Shown one piece after another: positions 51,886 through 60,771 of a stretch of DNA of 64,000 nt; positions within the stretch are counted from its first letter, which is position 1; every line of letters begins with the position of its first letter. Origin of the DNA: Deltaproteobacteria bacterium (GTDB lineage: Bacteria; Myxococcota_A; Polyangia; Polyangiales; Houyiibacteriaceae); contig JAXMNT010000001.1 of NCBI GenBank assembly GCA_034670305.1, positions 128,001 through 192,000 of the forward strand, given 5' to 3'. A model generated the notes under the pieces. It saw only the letters and a list, made by a program, of their open reading frames with translations. It was not told where the DNA came from and did not search any database. The translations under genes and the position numbers were made by a program.

Positions 51886-52584
51886 ATGGCGCGTCGCACT
51901 CGAAAATTGAAACAGTTGGACCTGCAGTTTCGGCAGTGGGGTGGGCGACGGGTGGGCGCGGGTCGCAAGCCGAAGGGAGAACGGGCAGGCGTGGCCCATC
52001 GCCGGAGGCCGGCCATTCAGAACCGGCACCCTGTGCACGTGACCATCAAGGTCGCGAAGGACCTGCCAAACCTGCGCCGCCGCGACCTCCGGGCGGTCTG
52101 CTTTGCGGTCTTGGAAGAAGCGGCCGAGCGCCACGGCATGCGGATCGTTCACTTCTCGATTCAGAGCAATCACGTGCATCTCATCGTCGAGTGCAAAGGC
52201 ACGACGGCGCTGCAACGCGGCATGAAGGGTTTGCTCGTTCGGCTGGCCAAGCGGCTCAACAAACACCTCGGCCGGCGCGGACAAGTGTTCCCCGACCGCT
52301 ACCACGTCGAGCCGCTGAAGACGCCGACCCAGGTCCGCCACGCGCTCCGCTACGTGTTGAACAACGCCCGCAAACACGCGGGGGCCCGCAAGAAGATCGA
52401 CGCCCACTGGGTGGATCCATGCTCCACCGCGCACACCTTCGATGGTTGGAAGTCGACGCCCAAGTGCCCCGCGAACTGTGATCGAGCCCCGAGGATGCCA
52501 AGAGCGGGCACCTGGTTGCTCCGCGTCGGGTGGAGGAAGCGCGGGAGGATCCCCATCGACGACATCCCGGGTCCGCGCCGCTGA
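51886..52584 (+). CDS. HUH/Y1 transposase (IS200-like / RAYT-like)
   Basis: HVT strand, HUH motif NHVHLIVE, VFPDRYH, putative catalytic Tyr in YVLNN; basic N-terminal WGGRRVGAGRK. Confidence 0.9.
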   Translation: MARRTRKLKQLDLQFRQWGGRRVGAGRKPKGERAGVAHRRRPAIQNRHPVHVTIKVAKDLPNLRRRDLRAVCFAVLEEAAERHGMRIVHFSIQSNHVHLIVECKGTTALQRGMKGLLVRLAKRLNKHLGRRGQVFPDRYHVEPLKTPTQVRHALRYVLNNARKHAGARKKIDAHWVDPCSTAHTFDGWKSTPKCPANCDRAPRMPRAGTWLLRVGWRKRGRIPIDDIPGPRR

Positions 52585-52635
52585 CCCAGACCCCAAAGCG
52601 CAGCCACCTCTCGACTACGCGGAGCGGAGCCTTGG

Positions 52636-52842
52636 CGCTGCGCCTCACGACAGAGCCGGGCAACGAACGGCGCCGCCTCGAACACGGCAGTTCAAGGCGG
52701 TGCAGCAGCATGCTGCATTGGCAAAGAAGCACCCTCCACGCTCCGCTCTTTCTGTCCGTTGGACAGAGCGCCTTCGCGCCGGAACCCCGCCGCCCTATTG
52801 GCTACACCGAGACCCCGGCGCCCTCTGTCCCCGCATCAGGTG
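52636..52842. repeat. Right arm of the inverted repeat flanking the Y1 transposase
   Basis: Reverse complement of 51587-51794 with a divergent central hairpin. Confidence 0.92.
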
Positions 52843-52924
52843 ACGCGGTCGAACCTCCAGAAGGTCGAGGCCATCCAACCCGCAACAGGTGACGCGCCAC
52901 CCAACGAAGCGGATCGTCGGCCCG

Positions 52925-55039
52925 TCAGCCGGTCCAGACGAGTTTGCCGGGACCACCGCGCTGGGCGACGCGGAGTCGGCCCTCCGCCACGAGGGTGAGA
53001 TCGCCCAAGGACTCGGCGTCTTCGGGTGCCGAGGCGACGCCGATGCTGAGCGTGGTGTGCACGCGTCCTTTGCGGCCCTGGAAGCCCAGGCCTTTGACCT
53101 CTTGCTGGACGCGCTGGAGGGTGGTCGCGATCTCGGTCGCCGTGGCGTCGGCGAACGCGGCCACCAACATGCCGTGGCGCCATCGCCCGCGCACGTCTTC
53201 CACCCGCAAGCGCGCAGCCAGCAGTCGCGCGACGCCGTTGGTCACCCGCTCGGTGAACGCAGAGCCCTCGCGGGTACGCATCCCGTCGTGGTCGTCGACT
53301 TCGAGCACCGCGAGCGAGAACGCGTGGGCGCGGCGCCGAGTCTCGGAGAGCCGGGCGGCGAGGGCGCGGAGCAGTTCGCCGCGCGAGGGGAGCCCTGTCA
53401 CCGGATCGGGCGCGCGTCGTCGTCGCGCGAGCACGTGGTCGGCGTGTTGCCGGATGCGGGCGGCCCATTCGCTCGGCTCTCCGAGCATGCCGTCTGCGTC
53501 GAGGTTGTTCTGGGTCTGTACGAGCAGCGCGACCTGGTCGCCGCCGTCCGCCATGCGGACCACCTTGGCGAACGCCTCGGCGCCCCCGCCGAGCACGACC
53601 ACATGCGGCTGCTGTCGTTTCATCACCGAGAGCAACGACTCCGGTCCGTTCAACTGCACGACGTCGAGCCCCGAGGACGCGAGCGCATCGGCCACCGGTG
53701 GTGCGTTCACGACCACGACGCGGCGCGCATCGGGGCGCAGCGCATCCAGCCGCAGGACCGCGCGGGCCAACCCCTGTTCGTCGAGCGGGTGCGACAGAAA
53801 AAGCTGCGCGCCGCTCTCCGCCGCGCCGAGGCGCACGAGGAGTGAATCCTCCATCGCGAGCAGTGCGGTCGGGATGCCTGGGAAGCGGCTTCGCAAGGCG
53901 GCGATCGTGTCGGTACTTCGATCGGGCGAGCCGAAGGGCATGCCGATGATCGCTACGTCGACCCCCTTGAGCGTCTCGATCGCGGCGAACGAACTGCACG
54001 GGACAAAGGTGGCGAGCGAGTCCGCCAGGACCCCTTCGACATACTCGAGCAGTGCCGGGTCGTCGTCGATGATCGCCATGCGCGGTCCCAGAAAAACCGA
54101 GTCCGCAGGGTCGAGCGCAGAAACGGGCAGCTCGCGTTGGGAACTCCGAGGCAACGTGATCTCGGGCGAGGTCCGTGCCGAGGGCGGGACGGGTGGCGGT
54201 GCACTGGGCTGAAAGAGCGACGACGGCGGTTCGATCTTGGTCTTCTTGCGGATCGGCAGCGCCCGCACGGCAGCGACCGCCCGATCGAAACCGTCCCAGT
54301 CGACCGCGTCGCGGTTCTGGAGCGCACGCAGTTGCGACTCCACGACACTCGCGCAGTGCCCGATCTCCGCGTACCCAAACGAGCCTGCGGTGCCCGCGAT
54401 GTCGTGGGACTGTCGGATCGCTTCTTCGACGGAGGATGCATTGTCGGGACGCCGCCGCGCTCGGTCCACCGCGCGCAGGAAGAGATCCAGAATGTGCGGA
54501 AGCACGTCGCTGTAGGACTCGCGAAGCTTCTCTTCCGACGCCGGCTCGTCCACATCGGGCACGACGACGAAGTCGTCCATCTGCGCGTCGCCGCCCTCGT
54601 CCTCAAGCAGCTCCTCGATCTCTGCGAAGTCGAGCTCGAGGGTGGAGCTCTTGCGTTCCCGCCGCTTTCGAACCCGCCGTGCGTGCTGGGTGACCCGCAC
54701 CGCGAAGCTCGCGGGTTCCACCGGCTTGTGCACCACGTCGGCGACCTTCAACTCGTCCTTGAGCTTCTTGTAGGTCGCCAGGTCTCGGTAGAACGCGGAG
54801 ACGAACACGATGGGCGCGTCCGCCCCTTCGGCGCGGATCTTCTCGATCCAGCGGATGCCGTTGGTGTCCGGGAGCAGGCCATCCACGATCAAGAGATCGA
54901 AGTCGTGCTCCGTCAGTTTCTCGAGCGCCTCCCGGCCCTTGGCCGCTTCGACCACCTCGAACCCTTGGGTCCGGAGTGCCGGCGCCACGAGCGCGCGAAA
55001 CATCGCGTCGTCATCCAACAAGAGCAGCCAGCGCGACAC
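52925..55039 (-). CDS. REC-Hpt-REC-degenerate GGDEF signalling protein
   Basis: LLDDD...DGLLPD REC; HDIAGTAGSFG Hpt; DPVTGL; RVED followed by WRHGM in place of GGDEF. Confidence 0.85.
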   Translation of the reverse strand: MSRWLLLLDDDAMFRALVAPALRTQGFEVVEAAKGREALEKLTEHDFDLLIVDGLLPDTNGIRWIEKIRAEGADAPIVFVSAFYRDLATYKKLKDELKVADVVHKPVEPASFAVRVTQHARRVRKRRERKSSTLELDFAEIEELLEDEGGDAQMDDFVVVPDVDEPASEEKLRESYSDVLPHILDLFLRAVDRARRRPDNASSVEEAIRQSHDIAGTAGSFGYAEIGHCASVVESQLRALQNRDAVDWDGFDRAVAAVRALPIRKKTKIEPPSSLFQPSAPPPVPPSARTSPEITLPRSSQRELPVSALDPADSVFLGPRMAIIDDDPALLEYVEGVLADSLATFVPCSSFAAIETLKGVDVAIIGMPFGSPDRSTDTIAALRSRFPGIPTALLAMEDSLLVRLGAAESGAQLFLSHPLDEQGLARAVLRLDALRPDARRVVVVNAPPVADALASSGLDVVQLNGPESLLSVMKRQQPHVVVLGGGAEAFAKVVRMADGGDQVALLVQTQNNLDADGMLGEPSEWAARIRQHADHVLARRRRAPDPVTGLPSRGELLRALAARLSETRRRAHAFSLAVLEVDDHDGMRTREGSAFTERVTNGVARLLAARLRVEDVRGRWRHGMLVAAFADATATEIATTLQRVQQEVKGLGFQGRKGRVHTTLSIGVASAPEDAESLGDLTLVAEGRLRVAQRGGPGKLVWTG

Positions 55040-55448
55040 GTGCGGATGATGGGTGCCGCCACCCTTGGCCGCAACCGTTTGTTGTCGGAGGGGAGACGCG
55101 CGTCCGACCAGCGGCAACGCTGTTCCGGCCTCCCCAACCTCCAGGGCTCCGCGCTGTGACCACCCCTGTGTCCACCCGGGCCCGCTTGCACACCCGGCGA
55201 CCCAGAAGCCGCACCTCGGCCCGCCATCCGTGCGATCTCTCACCGCGGTGGGTGGGGGGCCCAGCCCGCCGGTCCCCCGCACCCTTGCGATCCAAGCACA
55301 TTGCGTCACACCGGGATGCGCGGGATGGCTTCTCGACGGAAACCCATCCTCTTCTACCGAACCCGCCCGTGAATTCGGTACCATCCGCGCCCTTCCGCCC
55401 GGTGCCCGAGCGCGGTGGCCTGGCAGCACTTTTCCCCCCGGAATCCTG

Positions 55449-58400
55449 ATGAGCGAGACGAACGACCTATTGCGCGGCGAACTCGAACGACTGTTCGAGC
55501 CGGATGAGATGACCACCCTCGCGTTGGAGCTGATGGGCTACACGGCCACGGAGCTCGGCGATCCGGACGGCAAGGGCGCGTTCGCGCGTGCCCTGGTGGA
55601 TCGCTGCGAGGCGGACGACGCCCTCGAGGCCCTCGCCGACGGGATGACCCTCTTCGGCAAGGCAGCACGCACGGCGAAGATCTTCGAGTCGCGCGCCGGA
55701 CGAGGCCTCGAGCCGGGCGAGGAGCTCGGGGGGTTCAAGGTACGCAAGTCGGTGGGCGGGGGTGGCCTCGGCGACGTGTACTTGGCGGAGCGGGGCGATG
55801 GGGACGAGAAGGTCCGCGTCGCACTCAAAGTCATTCGTTCGAGCCTCTCGCGAGACCCGAGCGCCGTTGCGCGGTTCCTGACGGGGCAGCGCGGTTTCAA
55901 GCGCGCCAAGATCGCGGGCGTCGCACCCGTGCATGGGTGTGGCCGCCTCGCCGATGGCCGGCCCTGGGTCGCCACGGAGTACGTGGACGGGCAGACGCTC
56001 GCCTCCCGCATCGAGCGGGTCGGACCGATGCACTTCAACGAAGCACGGCCCGTCTTCCGAGGTGTGCTCAGCGCGCTGCAAGCGCTCCACGACGGCGGGC
56101 TCGTCCACGCGGACGTGAAGTCCGCGAACGTGTTCGTGGTGCGCCCGACGGCCAAGGACGGCAGCCGCGGTGAACCCACCGGCGTGCTCGTCGATGGCGG
56201 CGCGCACCGGCTCTTGGCCGCGGGCGCGACGCGTCCGGACGCCATCGGCGCGCTTCGCGTCTTCGGCAACGCACAGGCGATCGCACCGGAGATGGCGCTC
56301 GGTGGATCGATCGATGCCGCGAGCGACATCTACGCGGTCGGCGTGATGTTGTACGAGGTGCTCACCGGCAAGGTTCCGTTCACCGGCGACAGCGCGTTCG
56401 AGGTCATCGCCAAACACATCGACACCATCCCGGCGGCGCCGAGTGAGATCGCCCCGAAGGGCTGGGTCCACAAAGACGTCGACGCGCTCGTGCTCAAGGC
56501 GCTGGCGAAGGACCCCGCCGACCGGTTCGGTTCCGCCCGCGAGCTGCTCTCGGCACTCGACGCGCTCGCGAAACCGAAGAAAGAAAAGGACCTCGATCCC
56601 AAGGCGCTCGAGAAGGCCGCCGCCGCGCTCGAGAAGGATCTGAAGAGCGCGGAGAAGGCGAACGCCGTCGACGAGATCATCGCGCCCTCGCTCGCGTGGG
56701 ACGAGGGCATCGCCGTTTTCCAGAAGTGCGTCGACAAAGCCAAGGACGCCGCGGTCAAGAAGGCGCTGCTCTTCCGCATCGCGCGGATCGAAGCGGTCGA
56801 GAAGGGCGACAAAACCGCCGCCGAGAAGACCTACCGAGCGATCCTCGAAGCAGACGCCCAAGACGCGATCGCGCGCAGCGGACTCGAGGAGCTCAAGCGG
56901 GAATCCGGCGACGACGAGGGGCTCGCGGAGCTCCTGCTCGAACGCGCGGAGACCATCTCCGATCCGATCGAACGCGCCGAGGTACTGCGGGAGATCGCGC
57001 GTCTGTACGAGACCCGGATCAAAGATCCGGAGAACGCCCTCGTGGCCTGGACCCAAGCGGTCGCCGACGATCCTTCCGACGCCCGTTCGGCCCGCGCGGT
57101 GGAGCGGCTCGCGGAGCACGACCAGGACCGCTGGAACGAGGTCATGGCCACGCTCGCCGAGACCGTTCAGGAGACCGGCGACGTGCCCGAAGCCGTGCCG
57201 CTCTACTGTTTGATGGGCCGCTGGTACGGAGACGCACTCAAGCGACCCGACTTCGCGCTGCCGTGCTTCGCCAAGGCGATCGAGATCGATCCCAACTGCG
57301 ACGCCGCGTACGAAGGTTCCCTCACGCTCTACCGAGGCGCGCAGTCTTGGCCCGAGGTCGTACAGGTGCTCGAAGCCCGCGCCTCCGCGAGCTCGAACCC
57401 GGCGGCCGCGCGCGACCACCGCGCCGCCGCGGCCGACGTCGTGCTCCGCAAGGTCGGCGACCAAGCCCGCGCGGTCGGCATGCTCGAAGCGATCCTCGAA
57501 CAGGACCCTGGGCATCCCGGTGCGATCGATTCACTGATCTCGATCCACGAAGAGAAGAAGGAGTGGAAGCCGCTCGCGAAGTTGCTCTCGCGTCAGCTCT
57601 CGCACACGGCCGCAGGCGCGAAGGTGTCCGGCACGCTTCGACTGGCCGAGCTCTACGAAGACCGCCTGAACGACTTCGAACAAGCGATCGTCCACTACGA
57701 AGCCGCCTTCGCGCAGGACGCGGGTTCGCTTGCGGCGCTCAAGGGGCTCGAGCGCGTCTACGCACGCGGCAACGACTACCCGAAGTTGCTCTCGACCCTC
57801 CAGCGCCAGCTCGCCTTGATCGTCACCCCGCGACAGAAGATCGCGGTGCTCGAACACATCGGCGCGATTCAAGAAGAAGAGTTCGTCGACCAAGACGCCG
57901 CGATCGAAGCGTACGAGCAGGTCGTCGAGATCGACCCGGGCAACGAGAACGCCAACCCGGCCCTCGCGCGCCTGTACCGCCAGAAGGGTCGATTCGATGA
58001 ACTCGTCTCGACGCTCGAGCGGCACGCCCAGGCCACCGAAGACGTCCAGCGAAAGACGGACCTGCTGCTTTCCGCGGCGCGCACGTTGATGCTCGACGTG
58101 GGTGCCCCGGAACGCGCGCTCGGATTCACGGAGCGGGTGCTCGTCGCGGATCCGAAACACTCGGACGCACTCACCCTGCTCGCGCGCCTGAAGGCGCAGT
58201 CCGGCGACGCGAACGCGGCGGTCGCGGCCGTCGATCAGCTTGCGGACGGCGAGAGCGATCCGAAGAAGAAGGCGGAGCATCTGGTCGAAGCGGGCAAGAT
58301 GCTCGAAGGCGCCGGCGACAAGGACCAGGCGATCGACCGGTTCAAGAAGGCGCTCGACCTCGACGAGAAGAACGCCGCGGCCGCCGAAGCACTCCGGCGA

Positions 58401-60752
58401 CTCTACGCCTCGCGCGGCGACGCCCACGGGGCCGCCGAGTTGCTCGTGCGCGAGATCGCAGCCACCGACGGCAAGAGCCGCCAGGCCGAACTCCAGGCCG
58501 AACTCGGAGTGCTCTACCGAGATCGACTGGAAGACGCCGAGAAGGCGCACGCTGCGTTCCGCAAAGCGCTCGAACTCGACGCCACCTGCACGCCGGCGGC
58601 CTTCGGGCTCGGTGTGATGGCCTTCGGTGCGAAAGACTGGGAAGCCGCGACCGCGCACCTCGAGCCGCTGCTCGCCCGCACCTCCGAGATGGACGCCGAA
58701 CAGGCCCGCGACCTCAGCATGATGTGCGGCGACGCGTTCCGAGAGAAGGGCGACTTCCCCAAAGCGCAGCGCGCGTACCTCAACGCGAAAGCCTACGCGC
58801 CCGAGGACCGAGAGGTGCTGCAGCGCGTGGCGGACGTCACGTTCGAGTCCGGCGAAGCCGACGAAGCCGCCGAGCTCTACCGAGAGATGCTCGAGAAGCT
58901 CGGGTCCTCGCTCGACGCGGATCTGCGTGGACGCATTCTCGTGCGCCGCGGTGAGTCCCTCCGCCGGGCCGGCAACCTCGACGAAGCCGCGAAGATCCTC
59001 GAGCAGTCGGTCGAACTGCGGCCCGAAGATCCCGAGCCGCTCACCTCGCTCCGCAAAGTGTACGAAGCGCAGTCCAAATGGGACGAGGTGGTGCGCACCT
59101 TGCGCCGCCGGATGGAGCACGCACCGGATGCGGAGCGTTTCGATCTGCTCGTCGAAGTCGGCGATGTGCTCGCCGGCAAACTGAGCGACCGCGACAAGGC
59201 CGCCAAGAGCTACGTCGCCGCGCTCGAGATCACACCCGACGATCGCAACCTGCTCACGAAGCTCATGGGCGTGTACTCGGAGACGAAAGACTGGTCGCGT
59301 CTGGTCGAGGTCATCCTCCGGATCGCCGAGCTCGTCGACGACCACAAGCAGCTCGCCAAGTACTACCTGACCGCGGCGTCGATCGCGCAGTCCGAACTCG
59401 GCCGTCACGAAGAGGCCGCGGACTACTACGAACAGGCCCTCGAGAACGACGGCACCATCGGCCGCGCGTTCGAGGGGCTCAAGTCCTGCCTCGAGAAGTC
59501 CGACGACTGGGCCGGACTCGCGAAGGCCTACCGTGCGCAACTCGACCGCCTCAAGTCCGCACCCGCGGAGAAGCGCGCGGAGATCTGGGACGCGCTCGGC
59601 GCCCTCTACCAGGACAAACTCGACGACCTCACCCGCGCGATCGAAGCGTTCGAGGCCGCGCAGGATCTCGACCCGGATGGCCGACGCCGCCTCGAGATGC
59701 TCGCCGGCATCTACGAAGCGGAGCCGAAACGCTACTTCCGCAAGGCGGTCGAGGCGCACACCCAGCTCCTTCGCAAGAGCCCCTACCGGATCGAGTCGTA
59801 CCAAGCGCTGCGCCAGCTCTACACCGACGTGAAGAAGCCCGACCAGTCCTGGTGCATCTGCCAGGCGCTGCGGGTCCTCAGCATGGCCGGTCCCGACGAG
59901 CAGAGCTTCTTCGACAAACACCGGTCCCGGCATCCGGCCGCGGCGCAGGAGTACTTCGACGAGGACATCTGGTTCAACCACGTCATCCACCCCGAGCAGG
60001 GCCCGCTCCTGACCGGCATCTTCGCGGCCATCACGCCCGCGGTCGTGGCCTCGAAGGCCCAGGAGCTCTCGAGCTACAAGGTCGAGGCCAAGGACGCGCG
60101 GGACCCGGAGGCCGATGAGTCGGTCATGGTGCAGACGCTTCACTACGTGTCCGGGGTCACCCAGATCCAGCTGCCGAGCGTCTACTATCAGAAGCACGAC
60201 CCGGGTGGGCTCAGCATGCTCTACGCCGATCCCCCTTCGATCGGTGTCGGCAAGGCGGCGCTCGCCGGCGGACCGGCCCAGGCACTCGCGTTCCTCGCGG
60301 CGCGCCACCTGAGTTACTTCCGCCCCGGCCACTACCTGCGGCACTTCGTTCCGTCGGGCAGTGGGCTTCGCGCTTGGTTGCTCGCGGCGATCAAACTCGG
60401 CACGCCTCAGTTCCCGGTGCCGGGCAACCTCGGCGCCAAGGTCGACAAGAGCCTCGCGGCCCTCAAGAAGCACTTGGACGCGTCGCAGGCGAAGAAGGTC
60501 GCGGAGCTCGTCCAGAAGCTCCTGGCCGCGGCGCCCGAGCTCGACATGAAGCGCTGGGTGGCGGCGGTGGACTTCACCGCGGACCGCGTTGGGTTCGTGA
60601 TGGCCAACGATCTGGAGCTCGCGGCGGCCGTCGTGAAGGCTTCGCCCGACGACGGCATGCAGAAGGAGCGCCTCAAGGAACTCTATCTCTACAGCGTCTC
60701 CGAGTCGTACATGCAACTTCGGCAGAAGCTCGGGATCGCGATAGACTCCTAG
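55449..60752 (+). CDS. Giant kinase-like + TPR protein (about 1770 aa)
   Basis: GGGGLGDVY, VALK, HADVKSAN, DGG, APE, DIYAVG, then more than 1300 aa of TPR-like helices. Confidence 0.9.
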   Translation: MSETNDLLRGELERLFEPDEMTTLALELMGYTATELGDPDGKGAFARALVDRCEADDALEALADGMTLFGKAARTAKIFESRAGRGLEPGEELGGFKVRKSVGGGGLGDVYLAERGDGDEKVRVALKVIRSSLSRDPSAVARFLTGQRGFKRAKIAGVAPVHGCGRLADGRPWVATEYVDGQTLASRIERVGPMHFNEARPVFRGVLSALQALHDGGLVHADVKSANVFVVRPTAKDGSRGEPTGVLVDGGAHRLLAAGATRPDAIGALRVFGNAQAIAPEMALGGSIDAASDIYAVGVMLYEVLTGKVPFTGDSAFEVIAKHIDTIPAAPSEIAPKGWVHKDVDALVLKALAKDPADRFGSARELLSALDALAKPKKEKDLDPKALEKAAAALEKDLKSAEKANAVDEIIAPSLAWDEGIAVFQKCVDKAKDAAVKKALLFRIARIEAVEKGDKTAAEKTYRAILEADAQDAIARSGLEELKRESGDDEGLAELLLERAETISDPIERAEVLREIARLYETRIKDPENALVAWTQAVADDPSDARSARAVERLAEHDQDRWNEVMATLAETVQETGDVPEAVPLYCLMGRWYGDALKRPDFALPCFAKAIEIDPNCDAAYEGSLTLYRGAQSWPEVVQVLEARASASSNPAAARDHRAAAADVVLRKVGDQARAVGMLEAILEQDPGHPGAIDSLISIHEEKKEWKPLAKLLSRQLSHTAAGAKVSGTLRLAELYEDRLNDFEQAIVHYEAAFAQDAGSLAALKGLERVYARGNDYPKLLSTLQRQLALIVTPRQKIAVLEHIGAIQEEEFVDQDAAIEAYEQVVEIDPGNENANPALARLYRQKGRFDELVSTLERHAQATEDVQRKTDLLLSAARTLMLDVGAPERALGFTERVLVADPKHSDALTLLARLKAQSGDANAAVAAVDQLADGESDPKKKAEHLVEAGKMLEGAGDKDQAIDRFKKALDLDEKNAAAAEALRRLYASRGDAHGAAELLVREIAATDGKSRQAELQAELGVLYRDRLEDAEKAHAAFRKALELDATCTPAAFGLGVMAFGAKDWEAATAHLEPLLARTSEMDAEQARDLSMMCGDAFREKGDFPKAQRAYLNAKAYAPEDREVLQRVADVTFESGEADEAAELYREMLEKLGSSLDADLRGRILVRRGESLRRAGNLDEAAKILEQSVELRPEDPEPLTSLRKVYEAQSKWDEVVRTLRRRMEHAPDAERFDLLVEVGDVLAGKLSDRDKAAKSYVAALEITPDDRNLLTKLMGVYSETKDWSRLVEVILRIAELVDDHKQLAKYYLTAASIAQSELGRHEEAADYYEQALENDGTIGRAFEGLKSCLEKSDDWAGLAKAYRAQLDRLKSAPAEKRAEIWDALGALYQDKLDDLTRAIEAFEAAQDLDPDGRRRLEMLAGIYEAEPKRYFRKAVEAHTQLLRKSPYRIESYQALRQLYTDVKKPDQSWCICQALRVLSMAGPDEQSFFDKHRSRHPAAAQEYFDEDIWFNHVIHPEQGPLLTGIFAAITPAVVASKAQELSSYKVEAKDARDPEADESVMVQTLHYVSGVTQIQLPSVYYQKHDPGGLSMLYADPPSIGVGKAALAGGPAQALAFLAARHLSYFRPGHYLRHFVPSGSGLRAWLLAAIKLGTPQFPVPGNLGAKVDKSLAALKKHLDASQAKKVAELVQKLLAAAPELDMKRWVAAVDFTADRVGFVMANDLELAAAVVKASPDDGMQKERLKELYLYSVSESYMQLRQKLGIAIDS

Positions 60753-60771
60753 TTCGCTGAGCTTCGCCTTC

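Noticed and set aside
51694-52732. Short Cys-rich ORFs (CQCSMLLHR...) on both sides of the transposase
   Set aside because: Most simply translations of the inverted-repeat arms; no independent coding evidence.
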